A stretch of 64,000 bases of DNA from Candidatus Micrarchaeota archaeon (GTDB lineage: Archaea > Micrarchaeota > Micrarchaeia > Anstonellales > J096): positions 33,043-97,042 of the forward strand of contig WAMF01000003.1 of assembly GCA_015522475.1 (NCBI GenBank), given 5' to 3'. Numbering within the stretch: the first letter of the stretch is position 1; every line of letters starts with the position of its first letter. This document shows positions 32,201-40,311 of the stretch, in pieces. The position numbers and the translations under genes are program-made. Below the pieces are notes generated by a model. That model saw nothing but the letters and a program-made list of their open reading frames with translations, ran no database searches and had not been told where the DNA came from.

Positions 32201-32363
32201 AAAGCGTCTTGTAGCGGCCTTTTATGAAGTTTGCAGCTTCGGGAAACTCATGAGGGTCGAGGCTTTGTAAAAACGAGAAAAGCTCCTGTCGTGTGCGTTT
32301 ATCCAACTCATCTAGCTTAATATTCTTCAAATTACAGGGAGGATCTTCTGGAAGTCCTTTCAT
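29214..32363 (-). CDS. Large protein with GNAT-like domain and internal 37-40 aa tandem repeats
   Basis: 1049 aa. GNAT-like segment (YVAFIVA...YYIDDIAS...FYKRRGW) followed by four full repeats and one partial. TATA upstream. Confidence 0.8.
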   Translation of the reverse strand: MKGLPEDPPCNLKNIKLDELDKRTRQELFSFLQSLDPHEFPEAANFIKGRYKTLYALSKIQKRLEEKRDKNEGDSEEAKRMIMKIKDFFSEVKQVPKGEKGERATSAQKRNPQGGFNTPISNIDTSDKAVRIVTNITELKQRLKELYEVEKKAFKDNPDIVLDFDEFKEMFQENSLVTVVEKNGKYVAFIVANPINEAGYELDSYDKTQIKKKVGEAEFRNMEEAAKEGKVYYIDDIASLDKNLTLKMLNDFKRQLEEKGVKYIATHARMKNKVSQLMLFYKRRGWKTLYKEVHEGHLGEEDFEFIIAKRNLGGVAGEGSSKETVDELRKEIQDMKGDFTTEMVSRIEKVASDLATRIDGDELTKLKMERALLELGKKAVEKGVDYGAILCILWVFPIVTELITSDERFNAFIELGKKAVEKGGDYGAILRAFPVVTELITSDERFNAFIELGKKAVEKGVDYWYILRFGFPAVKKLITSDERFNAFIELGKKAVEKGVDYWYILEFGFPAVKKLITSDERFNAFIELGKKAIDAKLDYNQILTIFTIYSDKFEPLLNYLSKASVKKLRELPVAMYPILMLRFDEKKDVLNNIKTPERRRAAMDKLVNAVIKEYNEFINELAEGKEVSKPELFEGLLLSLNLSIDKDPQGYFEKIKGVADYLHISAEGKTKREFYKEIEEKLKDFSAPIKVKPETRRYAFKFMAVNVELKVPEDVEKEFISVLKETHRDYIENGEELEKGIEKLKENFESIKERIKHEDIEKLAAELNIDKNFLEKYKAGKVPEENLLRMIIKRRDIDEGLLNYLVWKAINRSGHEEDFEKYLRGEVTPELRTLVFNTLLEFNTPLQDTLHDFKLEALEPAMSKSKLLEQMNYLKKQIKETKEKREAVSRDVVLFFTPKKTLLDVFQGVYSGTCFGDYPYDMIRKEVFVIKIFIDNEIKGAVLSIVRNIKGKDSLIIIGFDPSESFTSGLSTEKKHEFIDEVMKRIKDFAEKNDLSLYISDKAGGISNRKGFSEYLHANYFGKEEINVEPPTQFHPTFKYKVRTAVNLK
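30768..31246 (-). repeat. Intragenic tandem repeat, units of 114/114/111/120 bp
   Basis: GCCTTTTTTCCTAGCTCAA recurs at 30769, 30883, 30997, 31108 and 31228. Confidence 0.95.
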
Positions 32364-32406
32364 AGCTAATTTAGTGTTGAAAAGCGTTTTTAAACATACT
32401 CTAGAT

Positions 32407-33063
32407 CTATTTTCTCATCTTCTCCACCCTCCACACACTCAGCTTCTCCCAGTAGCCAGCAGGCTTTTCAGCGAGCTTTTGCCATCCTTTCTCTTTAAGT
32501 GCGCTGTGGAGTTCAGCCCATCTTTTATGAGCGCTCGAGACAAGTAAGAAGGCAGCGCCGCCTTCTTTCAAGTAATGGCCAACCTCTTCCATGTATCGCT
32601 CTATAATACCCTCGTCGTGCAGGGTTATGTCAAAGCTCTCGTCTTCTTCTTTGGAAAGATAAGGGGGGTTAAAGGCTATTGTAGAGTACTTATGCCCATC
32701 ATCGTCGGGAATAGCATTAAAGAGATCTGAGCGTATAAAACACACATCCTCTATGCCGTGCTCTTTAGCGTTCCGCTCAGCTACGCTCAAAGCCTCTGCG
32801 CTTATATCCGCACACGTCGCTTTTTGGCCTTTAAGCCACGCGTAGTTTAAGCATACATAGCCTGAACCGCATCCAATCTCTAAAAGGTCGCCCTTGCCTT
32901 TTTCTAAAAGCGTTGCCAAGAGAAGCTCGCTGTCTTCTGCTGGCCAATAGACGCCGGTCCATGCTTTAACCGTTAGGCGTTTCTTAGCTCCATCAGAAGA
33001 GGAATTCTTGTGCATCATGTTCTCGCCGCCTGCCACGCCTGCCACATTTGCCACATTTGTCAC
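32407..33063 (-). CDS. HemK2/PrmC-like SAM-dependent methyltransferase
   Basis: VYWPAEDSELL, LEIGCGSG, SDLF, FNPPY. Start may instead be ATG 33018. Confidence 0.88.
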   Translation of the reverse strand: MTNVANVAGVAGGENMMHKNSSSDGAKKRLTVKAWTGVYWPAEDSELLLATLLEKGKGDLLEIGCGSGYVCLNYAWLKGQKATCADISAEALSVAERNAKEHGIEDVCFIRSDLFNAIPDDDGHKYSTIAFNPPYLSKEEDESFDITLHDEGIIERYMEEVGHYLKEGGAAFLLVSSAHKRWAELHSALKEKGWQKLAEKPAGYWEKLSVWRVEKMRK

Positions 33064-33089
33064 AGCTGTCAGAAGCTGCCAAAGAATCG

Positions 33090-35723
33090 CTACTGTTGAT
33101 TTGACTTGCCGCTTGCTGCATTGGAAGAGAAAAGCATCTTTCTAAACTCGTCTAGCACAACAATGGAAGACGTTATTATAATAACGAGGATAAGCTCACT
33201 TGGACTGAGGAAAGCTATGTCAAAGAATGCCCTTCCTACACTCGTATAGACGAAGAGAAGCTGAAGTAGACCCATTATAAGAAGTGTATAAATAAGAACT
33301 CTGTTCTTCAAAAGCTTCTCGTAGAAATGGGACTTCATGGAACGCGCGTTGAGGGCATTCCACAGTTGGAAGAAGACAATGCTGTTGAAGCTTAGGGCTA
33401 GAGCCTTCTTGTAATTGGGCATGGCATTGAAGAAAAGCAAGGCTGAAACAGTTCCCATATAGAGAGCTGAAAGAAGCACAACCGTTATGAACTCGCGGTC
33501 TATAAGCTTAAACCCTTTATCCCACTTCTCAAGCACCTCCTTCTTTATAGGCTCAAAACCTTGGGCAAGGGCTGGCGGCCCATCCATTATAAGATTAACC
33601 CAAAGGATTTGTAGAGGCAATAACGTAAAAGCCGTTAAAGCATTGCTAGCTGCTTCTACGAAACCGTAGAAGAGGAGCGTTATAGCAGCAAAGTTAGCCG
33701 TGAGCTGAAAGCGGAGGAAGCTCTTTATCTTCAGCAGCGTATTTCTGCCGAGCTCAATAGCTTTGAGCAACGTGCTGAAGTTGTCATCTAGTAAGACAAT
33801 GTCTGCCACCTCTCTGCTTACAGTCGTGCCACTCTCGCCCATAACAACACCGACATGGGCCTTCTTTAAGGCCGGCGCGTCGTTAACACCATCGCCTGTT
33901 ACAGCTACAACATGGCCATGCGTCACTAAAGCATCGACGATACGAAGCTTACCGTTGGGCGTAACCCTTGCTATAACTTTGTGCTTCATAACCGCTTTGT
34001 ATAGAGAACCGTTGTCTAAATGAGAGAGGGCTTGCCATACAACCGCTGTGCCTTCTATACCCACTTCTTCAGCAACGGCTTGAGCAGTAAGTGGGTTGTC
34101 ACCCGTAAGCATGACAACGGCTATACCCGCCTTTTTGAGCGCAGCTATTGTTTCCTTAGCACCTTTCTTCGGCGGGTCCGAGAGGACAAGAAGGGCCAAG
34201 ACAGTAAGCTTTTCTCCTCTGCCCTTGGCAAACAGTAAAACCCTATGCTGCTTCTCTGCTTCCTTTCTCACCATAGCTTCTATCTTCGCCTTCCATTTAG
34301 GCGTTAGTGCATACTCCCTATCCCACAACACATGCGTCGCCCTATCAAGCACAACTTCGTGGGCACCCTTCATATAGACTGTGCCGTCTTCCATCTCAAC
34401 AGCCATGTACTTGCGTTCAGATGAAAAAGGAATAACGTCCTTAATCGCTTTCTTCTTAGGCAACTCCCCTAGCTTGTAGGCCTCTTCTAATATAGCTACA
34501 TCTACTTCGTTTCCGACAAAGCCCTTGTTTGTGTGCTTAGCCTCCGTCGGTATAAGCAAGGTATCAAAGAGAGATTTTATGCCCGGAAACCCATCCCTTT
34601 CATACTTACGGCCTCTATACCAAATCCTAATCAAGCGGACCTTGCCCTCTGTAATTGTGCCCGTTTTATCTGTGGCTACGACGTCCACTCTGCCTAATGA
34701 ATCCACTGTCGAAAGCCGTCTTACAAGAGCGTTGGCCTTTGCCATCTCCTTCGTACTAAGCCCTAAGATAATAGTTAAGACGGTCGTCAAGCCCTCGGGA
34801 ATAGCTGCTACAGCGAGAGTGACAGCCAAAAGAAAAAGCTCGACGAGATTAAAACCCTTAAGATAGCCAGCAGATATGAAAAGTAATATAATAACAACCG
34901 CTATTATTGATATCATCTTGCTTAGGTTGTTAACTTCTTTGTAAAGATGAGTCTCTTCTTCTTTGACCTCTGCCAAAGAGGTGCTTATACCCCCCACAAC
35001 CGTGTCTTTACCCGTGGCTATTGCTACACCCTTTGCATTGCCTTTCAGGACATACGTGCCAGCGAAAAGCATGTTCTTCCTCTCTGCCAAGGGCACGTTT
35101 TTCTTCTTTATAGCACCAACCTGCTTGGCAACAGCCTTGCTTTCTCCCGTCAAAATGGATTCGTCCACTTCGAGATCGTTCGCTTCTAGCAAGTAAAGGT
35201 CACAAGGCACCTTCTGTCCTCCATGCAAAAGGACAATATCGCCCGGTACGATGTAACGCGTGCTTATGTATTTAGTAGAGCCATCTCTAATAATAATGGC
35301 TTTCTCATCCATATAGCGGTTGAGTTCTTCGACGCTCTCATCTGCCTTGTATTCTGTATAGGCGCCGAAAGCCACCGACAAAATGACTGCCAAAAAGATG
35401 CCCAAACCCTCGATGAGCTGACCCAAAAACAAGCTAACGATACCCGCTAAAATAAGCAGCCAAAGAACGGTATTGCGGAATTGGCTTATGATAACCTGCC
35501 AAAGGCTTGCCTTTTTTTCCTCGCCCAGCTTATTTTCACCATACTTGCGAAGCCGCTTTTCAACTTCGCGCCTCTTTAAGCCGTGCGTAGCATCTGTAGC
35601 AAGCTTAGCTAACACGTCTTTTTTCGAGAGCATGTAGAATGTGGGCTTCTTTGTATCTTTACTCTCAACCTTGCTTTTATTGCCGCCTTTGGCCTTATAC
35701 TCCGCTTTTTCTCCCCTAGCCAT
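33090..35723 (-). CDS. Cation-transporting P-type ATPase (type II, Ca2+-like)
   Basis: LTGES, AIPEGL, DKTGT, KGA, TGDN, GDGVND, QILWVNLIMDGPPA. Confidence 0.95.
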   Translation of the reverse strand: MARGEKAEYKAKGGNKSKVESKDTKKPTFYMLSKKDVLAKLATDATHGLKRREVEKRLRKYGENKLGEEKKASLWQVIISQFRNTVLWLLILAGIVSLFLGQLIEGLGIFLAVILSVAFGAYTEYKADESVEELNRYMDEKAIIIRDGSTKYISTRYIVPGDIVLLHGGQKVPCDLYLLEANDLEVDESILTGESKAVAKQVGAIKKKNVPLAERKNMLFAGTYVLKGNAKGVAIATGKDTVVGGISTSLAEVKEEETHLYKEVNNLSKMISIIAVVIILLFISAGYLKGFNLVELFLLAVTLAVAAIPEGLTTVLTIILGLSTKEMAKANALVRRLSTVDSLGRVDVVATDKTGTITEGKVRLIRIWYRGRKYERDGFPGIKSLFDTLLIPTEAKHTNKGFVGNEVDVAILEEAYKLGELPKKKAIKDVIPFSSERKYMAVEMEDGTVYMKGAHEVVLDRATHVLWDREYALTPKWKAKIEAMVRKEAEKQHRVLLFAKGRGEKLTVLALLVLSDPPKKGAKETIAALKKAGIAVVMLTGDNPLTAQAVAEEVGIEGTAVVWQALSHLDNGSLYKAVMKHKVIARVTPNGKLRIVDALVTHGHVVAVTGDGVNDAPALKKAHVGVVMGESGTTVSREVADIVLLDDNFSTLLKAIELGRNTLLKIKSFLRFQLTANFAAITLLFYGFVEAASNALTAFTLLPLQILWVNLIMDGPPALAQGFEPIKKEVLEKWDKGFKLIDREFITVVLLSALYMGTVSALLFFNAMPNYKKALALSFNSIVFFQLWNALNARSMKSHFYEKLLKNRVLIYTLLIMGLLQLLFVYTSVGRAFFDIAFLSPSELILVIIITSSIVVLDEFRKMLFSSNAASGKSNQQ

Positions 35724-35876
35724 TAAGTGGAAAGCTCAAGTAATCTTTATAAAATAGGGGGAGAACGTGAGAGGAAGGCAAGAAAATGAATAGAGAAGTC
35801 AAGTAAAGGCAAAACATGCTGGAGGTGTCACGTAAAACGCACCACGCTTTTAAACCCTTCTCAATAAAACCTACAT

Positions 35877-37679
35877 ATGTCCCCTCTGGATGGATCCAGC
35901 GTCGAAAAAGGCAAAAGCGCGGAGCAAACAATTAAGAACAGTGGAGCTAGAGAAAGAGAAGGTAAAACGGACAAGATTAGCGGCAAAGCTGGTAGTAAAG
36001 CCAACAGAGAAAGCAGCTCAAAAAGTAGCGGTGCATTCAAAGAGTACTCCGTAGCGGAATTTTTCAAGAAGAACAAACAGATGCTGGGTTTTTCGGGCAA
36101 GGTGAGAAGCTTAACAACAATTGTCCACGAATATGTGACAAACAGCCTTGACGCTTGTGAGGAAGCGGGCATACTTCCCAATATACGCGTCGAGGTGGAG
36201 CAGATAAGCCAAGATAGATACCGCGTCGTCGTAGCAGACAATGGTCCGGGCCTTCCCAAGCATCTCATAGGCAAAGCGCTGGCAAAGATGCTCACGGGCA
36301 CAAAATTCCACAGATACATTCAGCAAAGAGGGCAACAAGGCATAGGCGCTGCAGGAGCTACACTCTATGCTCAACTCACGACAGGCAAGGGCATACACGT
36401 TATAAGTGGATACAGAGGCAAGATGATAAGCTGCGACGTCAGCATAGACTTTAAAGCAAACGAGCCGAAGGTGGAAAATCTTGAGGAGCAAGAGAGCAGC
36501 TTCCACGGCCTCATCGTCGAAGGCGAGTTTGCAGACGTAAAATACGATGCAAGCCAGTATGGCGTCCTCGAGTATCTTAAACGAACAGCCATAGCAAATC
36601 CTCATGCAACAATCCAGCTCATAGCCCCCAACGGCGAGCGCCACCTCTTCGAAAGGAGTGTCAATGAGTTGCCTAGGCGCGTGAGGGAAATCAAGCCCCA
36701 CCCCTTAGGCATAAGTGCCCACGACTTATTGGATATAGCTGCAATAACACCAGCAACAAAGCTGGGCAGCATGTTGACGACAGAGCTCTCGCGTTTCTCT
36801 GCTGAAAAGCTAAGGCGGGTTGCTGAGCTAGCTGATGTAGACATGAACAAAAGCCCAAAAGATATGACTTGGTACGACGCTGAAAAGCTCGTCAAAGCCT
36901 TTAAGCAGCTCAAGTGGATAGCCCCACCCACAGACGTGTTAAGTCCTATAGGCAAGGAGCAAATCGAAAAGAGCTTATCCAACATACTCTTCCCTGAAAT
37001 TATATCTGTAGTCGAGCGCTCGCCAAAGGTGTTGTGGGGGGGTGTTCCTTTCCAAGTAGAAGCTGCTATAGCCTTCGGCGGTAAGATATCACGTAAGGGC
37101 GAAATTATGCGCTTCGCAAACAAAGCCCCTCTTCTATTCGACGCCGCCGGTTGTGCTATAACGCAAGTCGTCAAGAACATCGACTGGGGACGCTACGGCC
37201 TAAAAAAATTCGACGAGGAGCCTATAGTCGTATTGGTTAACGTCGTCAGCACACACATTCCATATGTAAGCGCTGGAAAGCAGGCCATCTCATCAGAAAG
37301 CGAGCTCACAGACGAGATAAAAAATGCCATACAAGAAGCAGCTAGGGGTATCAAACTACACCTTGTCCACAAGAGAAAAGCGGCTGAGCTAGCAAAGAAG
37401 AAAAAGGCTTTCCTACGCTACGTCGGCCAAATAGCTGCAGACCTCTCGGCGCTGTCCGGCGCTTCGAAAGAGGAGATTGAAGAAAGGATTAAATACATCA
37501 TAGAGCATAGATTTGATATGGGCAAAGGCAGAGAGCGAACAGAGGCTGAACTTGCCAGTGTAGAAGACGCGAATGAAAGAAAAGGTGCAGTCAGTGAAGG
37601 GAGTGACGATAGTAAAGGGAAGAAAGGTGAGATCGCAACGGACACAAGAAACACAACAGACGTAGCAGAAGGAATGTAA
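35877..37679 (+). CDS. top6B: DNA topoisomerase VI subunit B
   Basis: SVAEFFKKN, HEYVTNSLDA, DNGPG, RGQQGIG, RFANK.PL. Confidence 0.97.
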   Translation: MSPLDGSSVEKGKSAEQTIKNSGAREREGKTDKISGKAGSKANRESSSKSSGAFKEYSVAEFFKKNKQMLGFSGKVRSLTTIVHEYVTNSLDACEEAGILPNIRVEVEQISQDRYRVVVADNGPGLPKHLIGKALAKMLTGTKFHRYIQQRGQQGIGAAGATLYAQLTTGKGIHVISGYRGKMISCDVSIDFKANEPKVENLEEQESSFHGLIVEGEFADVKYDASQYGVLEYLKRTAIANPHATIQLIAPNGERHLFERSVNELPRRVREIKPHPLGISAHDLLDIAAITPATKLGSMLTTELSRFSAEKLRRVAELADVDMNKSPKDMTWYDAEKLVKAFKQLKWIAPPTDVLSPIGKEQIEKSLSNILFPEIISVVERSPKVLWGGVPFQVEAAIAFGGKISRKGEIMRFANKAPLLFDAAGCAITQVVKNIDWGRYGLKKFDEEPIVVLVNVVSTHIPYVSAGKQAISSESELTDEIKNAIQEAARGIKLHLVHKRKAAELAKKKKAFLRYVGQIAADLSALSGASKEEIEERIKYIIEHRFDMGKGRERTEAELASVEDANERKGAVSEGSDDSKGKKGEIATDTRNTTDVAEGM

Positions 37680-37690
37680 GAGGTGTGAGC

Positions 37691-38863
37691 ATGGAAAAGG
37701 ACACAGAAGGAGAGCCAAAAAAAGATGCCGAACCGAACAAAAGCAAGGGTAAAGCTGGCGAAATTGACGGCGATACCCTAGCTCTTCAGCGCCTAAAAGC
37801 ACTCGGCCATAGGATGGTCGAAGAGATTGAACTGGGAGAAAGTCCTGCCTTTGAGACAGTAGTTAGAAGCAAAGGCAACGTTATATTCGACGAAGAAGGT
37901 GGATTCCTCAGACTCGGCCAAAAGAGAGAAAGGCGGCGCTTCCTCAACTTAAGCCAATCGAAGATTTTCATGCAGACGCTGGCTGTAGCTGCCAAAACCA
38001 AGAAGTTTATAGAGGAAGACTTGCACACAAGCATAAGAGGTCTCTACTACCAGCTCAAATTCACGATGGGCGAAGACCTTGATGAGAATCTCTTCGACGA
38101 GCAGAGTGAAAGCAACGCGCTCATAGAAGACCTGGAAGCGGCGCTAGGTGTCAAGAGAGAGGATCTTCACTTAACCACTGATAGGAAGGGTGTAATGGCA
38201 GGCCCCATTGTAATAAAAGACCACTTTGCCGGCGAGGACGTATACATAGATGGAAGAAAACAAGGCCGAAGCGGTTGGGCCATCCCCTCCGACGTAGACA
38301 ACGACATGGAAATCGTAGAGCTAGATGCTAACTACGTCCTCGTAGTCGAAAAAGATGCCATGTGGCAGCGTCTGAACGAAGATAGGTTTTGGCAGAAAGA
38401 AAAGGCCATTCTCATAACACCAAAGGGCCAAAGCTCAAGAGGTGTAAGAAGGCTCATACGAAAATTGGCAGATAGGGGCTTGCCCATAATCGTGTTCACA
38501 GACAGCGACGCATGGGGTTGGTATATCTATTGGACAATAAAAACGGGCTCTATGAACCTTGCTTACTTAGGCAGGGATTTCTCCGTGCCGGAGGCGAAAT
38601 TCGTCGGTGTGACAATGAGTGACATAGAGGAATACGACTTCTTAAAAAAACTCACAATAAAGGCAAAAGAAGTGGATGTGAAGAGGGCAAAGGACATGCT
38701 TAACTATCCCTGGATAAAAAAGCATCCAGAATGGGTGCACGAACTCAAACTCGTACTCAAGACAAAGAAAAAGTTGGAGCAAGATGCCCTCCAAGGCCCT
38801 AGACTCACATTTGTGGGCGACTACTTAAGGGAGAAAATACACGAAAAGAAATTTTTGCCTTAG
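37691..38863 (+). CDS. top6A: DNA topoisomerase VI subunit A
   Basis: SIRGLYY catalytic Tyr region, VVEKDA, TOPRIM DSD, EQDAL. GAGGTG SD before ATG 37691. Confidence 0.97.
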   Translation: MEKDTEGEPKKDAEPNKSKGKAGEIDGDTLALQRLKALGHRMVEEIELGESPAFETVVRSKGNVIFDEEGGFLRLGQKRERRRFLNLSQSKIFMQTLAVAAKTKKFIEEDLHTSIRGLYYQLKFTMGEDLDENLFDEQSESNALIEDLEAALGVKREDLHLTTDRKGVMAGPIVIKDHFAGEDVYIDGRKQGRSGWAIPSDVDNDMEIVELDANYVLVVEKDAMWQRLNEDRFWQKEKAILITPKGQSSRGVRRLIRKLADRGLPIIVFTDSDAWGWYIYWTIKTGSMNLAYLGRDFSVPEAKFVGVTMSDIEEYDFLKKLTIKAKEVDVKRAKDMLNYPWIKKHPEWVHELKLVLKTKKKLEQDALQGPRLTFVGDYLREKIHEKKFLP

Positions 38864-38962
38864 AGGAAAGAAATGGAGGGAAAGATGGGTGTAAGGCAGA
38901 GAAGTAGAAGGCAGAATGGCGGGATTGTATATAGAGCAAAATAATGAAATGGAGGGGGTAAA

Positions 38963-40171
38963 ATGGAAAACAAAAAAAGCAAAGCAAAAAACGAGGAGAT
39001 GGATGACGAGTTGAGCTACGACGAAGTAAGAAAAGCCCTAATTAGCGTAGAGCGGCCTTCAAGCATCGCTCTCGCGAGATACGCTTTTTTCCTCGTGGGG
39101 CTGCTTAAAGATGTGGAGTTAAGAGAAGGGCAAAAAGAGCATAAGGAAAATAAAAAGGCAGAGCAAAAGGCAGAGCGAGACAACGAAGAGGAGAAACGCA
39201 AGCGCGAGATAATTCACCTCCTGAAAAAGCTGCGCAAAGAAATGATAAGACGTGGATTCTCGCGCGGCTTAGCCTTTCTTAGAGCTGGCAGGGAAGATGA
39301 AGATGTAGAAGGACAAGAAGCAAGCGATAGAGCAAAACATCTTCGCCTTTTTAGAGAAATTGCCCAACTGAAAAAAGCGGCTTTATCCACAGTAAAACTA
39401 GCTTTGTACAACGACGCGTTGAAAAAACACATCCACAACCCACTGCTTAAAAGACATCTGCCTCCAGCCGGCCAATACATCCCCTCACTTGTAAGCATGA
39501 GATACAATGCCATACTTGCATACAAGTATGTTTACAAACTACTCTCGTCGTACGGCGAGATTGTGAAGGCAAAGCGCTACCTCGTTGATGATATGGGTAT
39601 TGGCTATTATGTGTCTGAAGAATACATTAAGCAATTCAAAGACGTGCACAGGATAAGAGAAGTAAAAAGGGTAAGGCGCACTCTACCTCTCATATCCAGC
39701 ACATATATCCGGCGTCTGTTGGCAGTTTCTGCCGTAAGCGCGGCCTATGAAGATGTCAAAAGGAGGGAAAAAGAAGAGGAAGACAAAGAGCTTATTGAAT
39801 ACAACAAGATACTTCAAAAACACAACATCCTTCCCTATGTTGTGCTAGACGTTTACAATGGCTTCGACGAGGTCAAGGAGGAGCTTGTCAAAAAAGGCTT
39901 TGCAATGATTGATGATGGAGAGTTCATAACAAAGGCAAAAATATTGGACAAGATAAGAGCAAAGAAACGCGCATTTTACATGAATATGTTAACAAAGGCT
40001 AAAGCCTTGCTGAAAGACGAGCTGCTCGCAGCATGTGAAAAAGGCAGGCTGCCCTCTATGGTTAAAAAACCTACGCTTTCCCAATTAGCCATTCTTAAGG
40101 CGCTTAACCCTTCTATGAGCGACGAGGAGCTCAAGAAGTTCGAGCAAGACGGATGTGGCAGAAAAGGATAG
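38963..40171 (+). CDS. Hypothetical protein
   Basis: 402-aa charged, helical-looking ORF with a GGAGG SD. Confidence 0.65.
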   Translation: MENKKSKAKNEEMDDELSYDEVRKALISVERPSSIALARYAFFLVGLLKDVELREGQKEHKENKKAEQKAERDNEEEKRKREIIHLLKKLRKEMIRRGFSRGLAFLRAGREDEDVEGQEASDRAKHLRLFREIAQLKKAALSTVKLALYNDALKKHIHNPLLKRHLPPAGQYIPSLVSMRYNAILAYKYVYKLLSSYGEIVKAKRYLVDDMGIGYYVSEEYIKQFKDVHRIREVKRVRRTLPLISSTYIRRLLAVSAVSAAYEDVKRREKEEEDKELIEYNKILQKHNILPYVVLDVYNGFDEVKEELVKKGFAMIDDGEFITKAKILDKIRAKKRAFYMNMLTKAKALLKDELLAACEKGRLPSMVKKPTLSQLAILKALNPSMSDEELKKFEQDGCGRKG

Positions 40172-40311
40172 CAAGTATTGCAATAAAAAAGTTAGATGCA
40201 AGCGCCTTGGATCGAGCATGCGCAAGTATAGACAAGTTGTGCAAGTCCACTGGCGTAAGGACACATGAAGGATTCAAGTTAAAAAAGCAAGTGAGTAAAG
40301 CGGGTGAGTAA

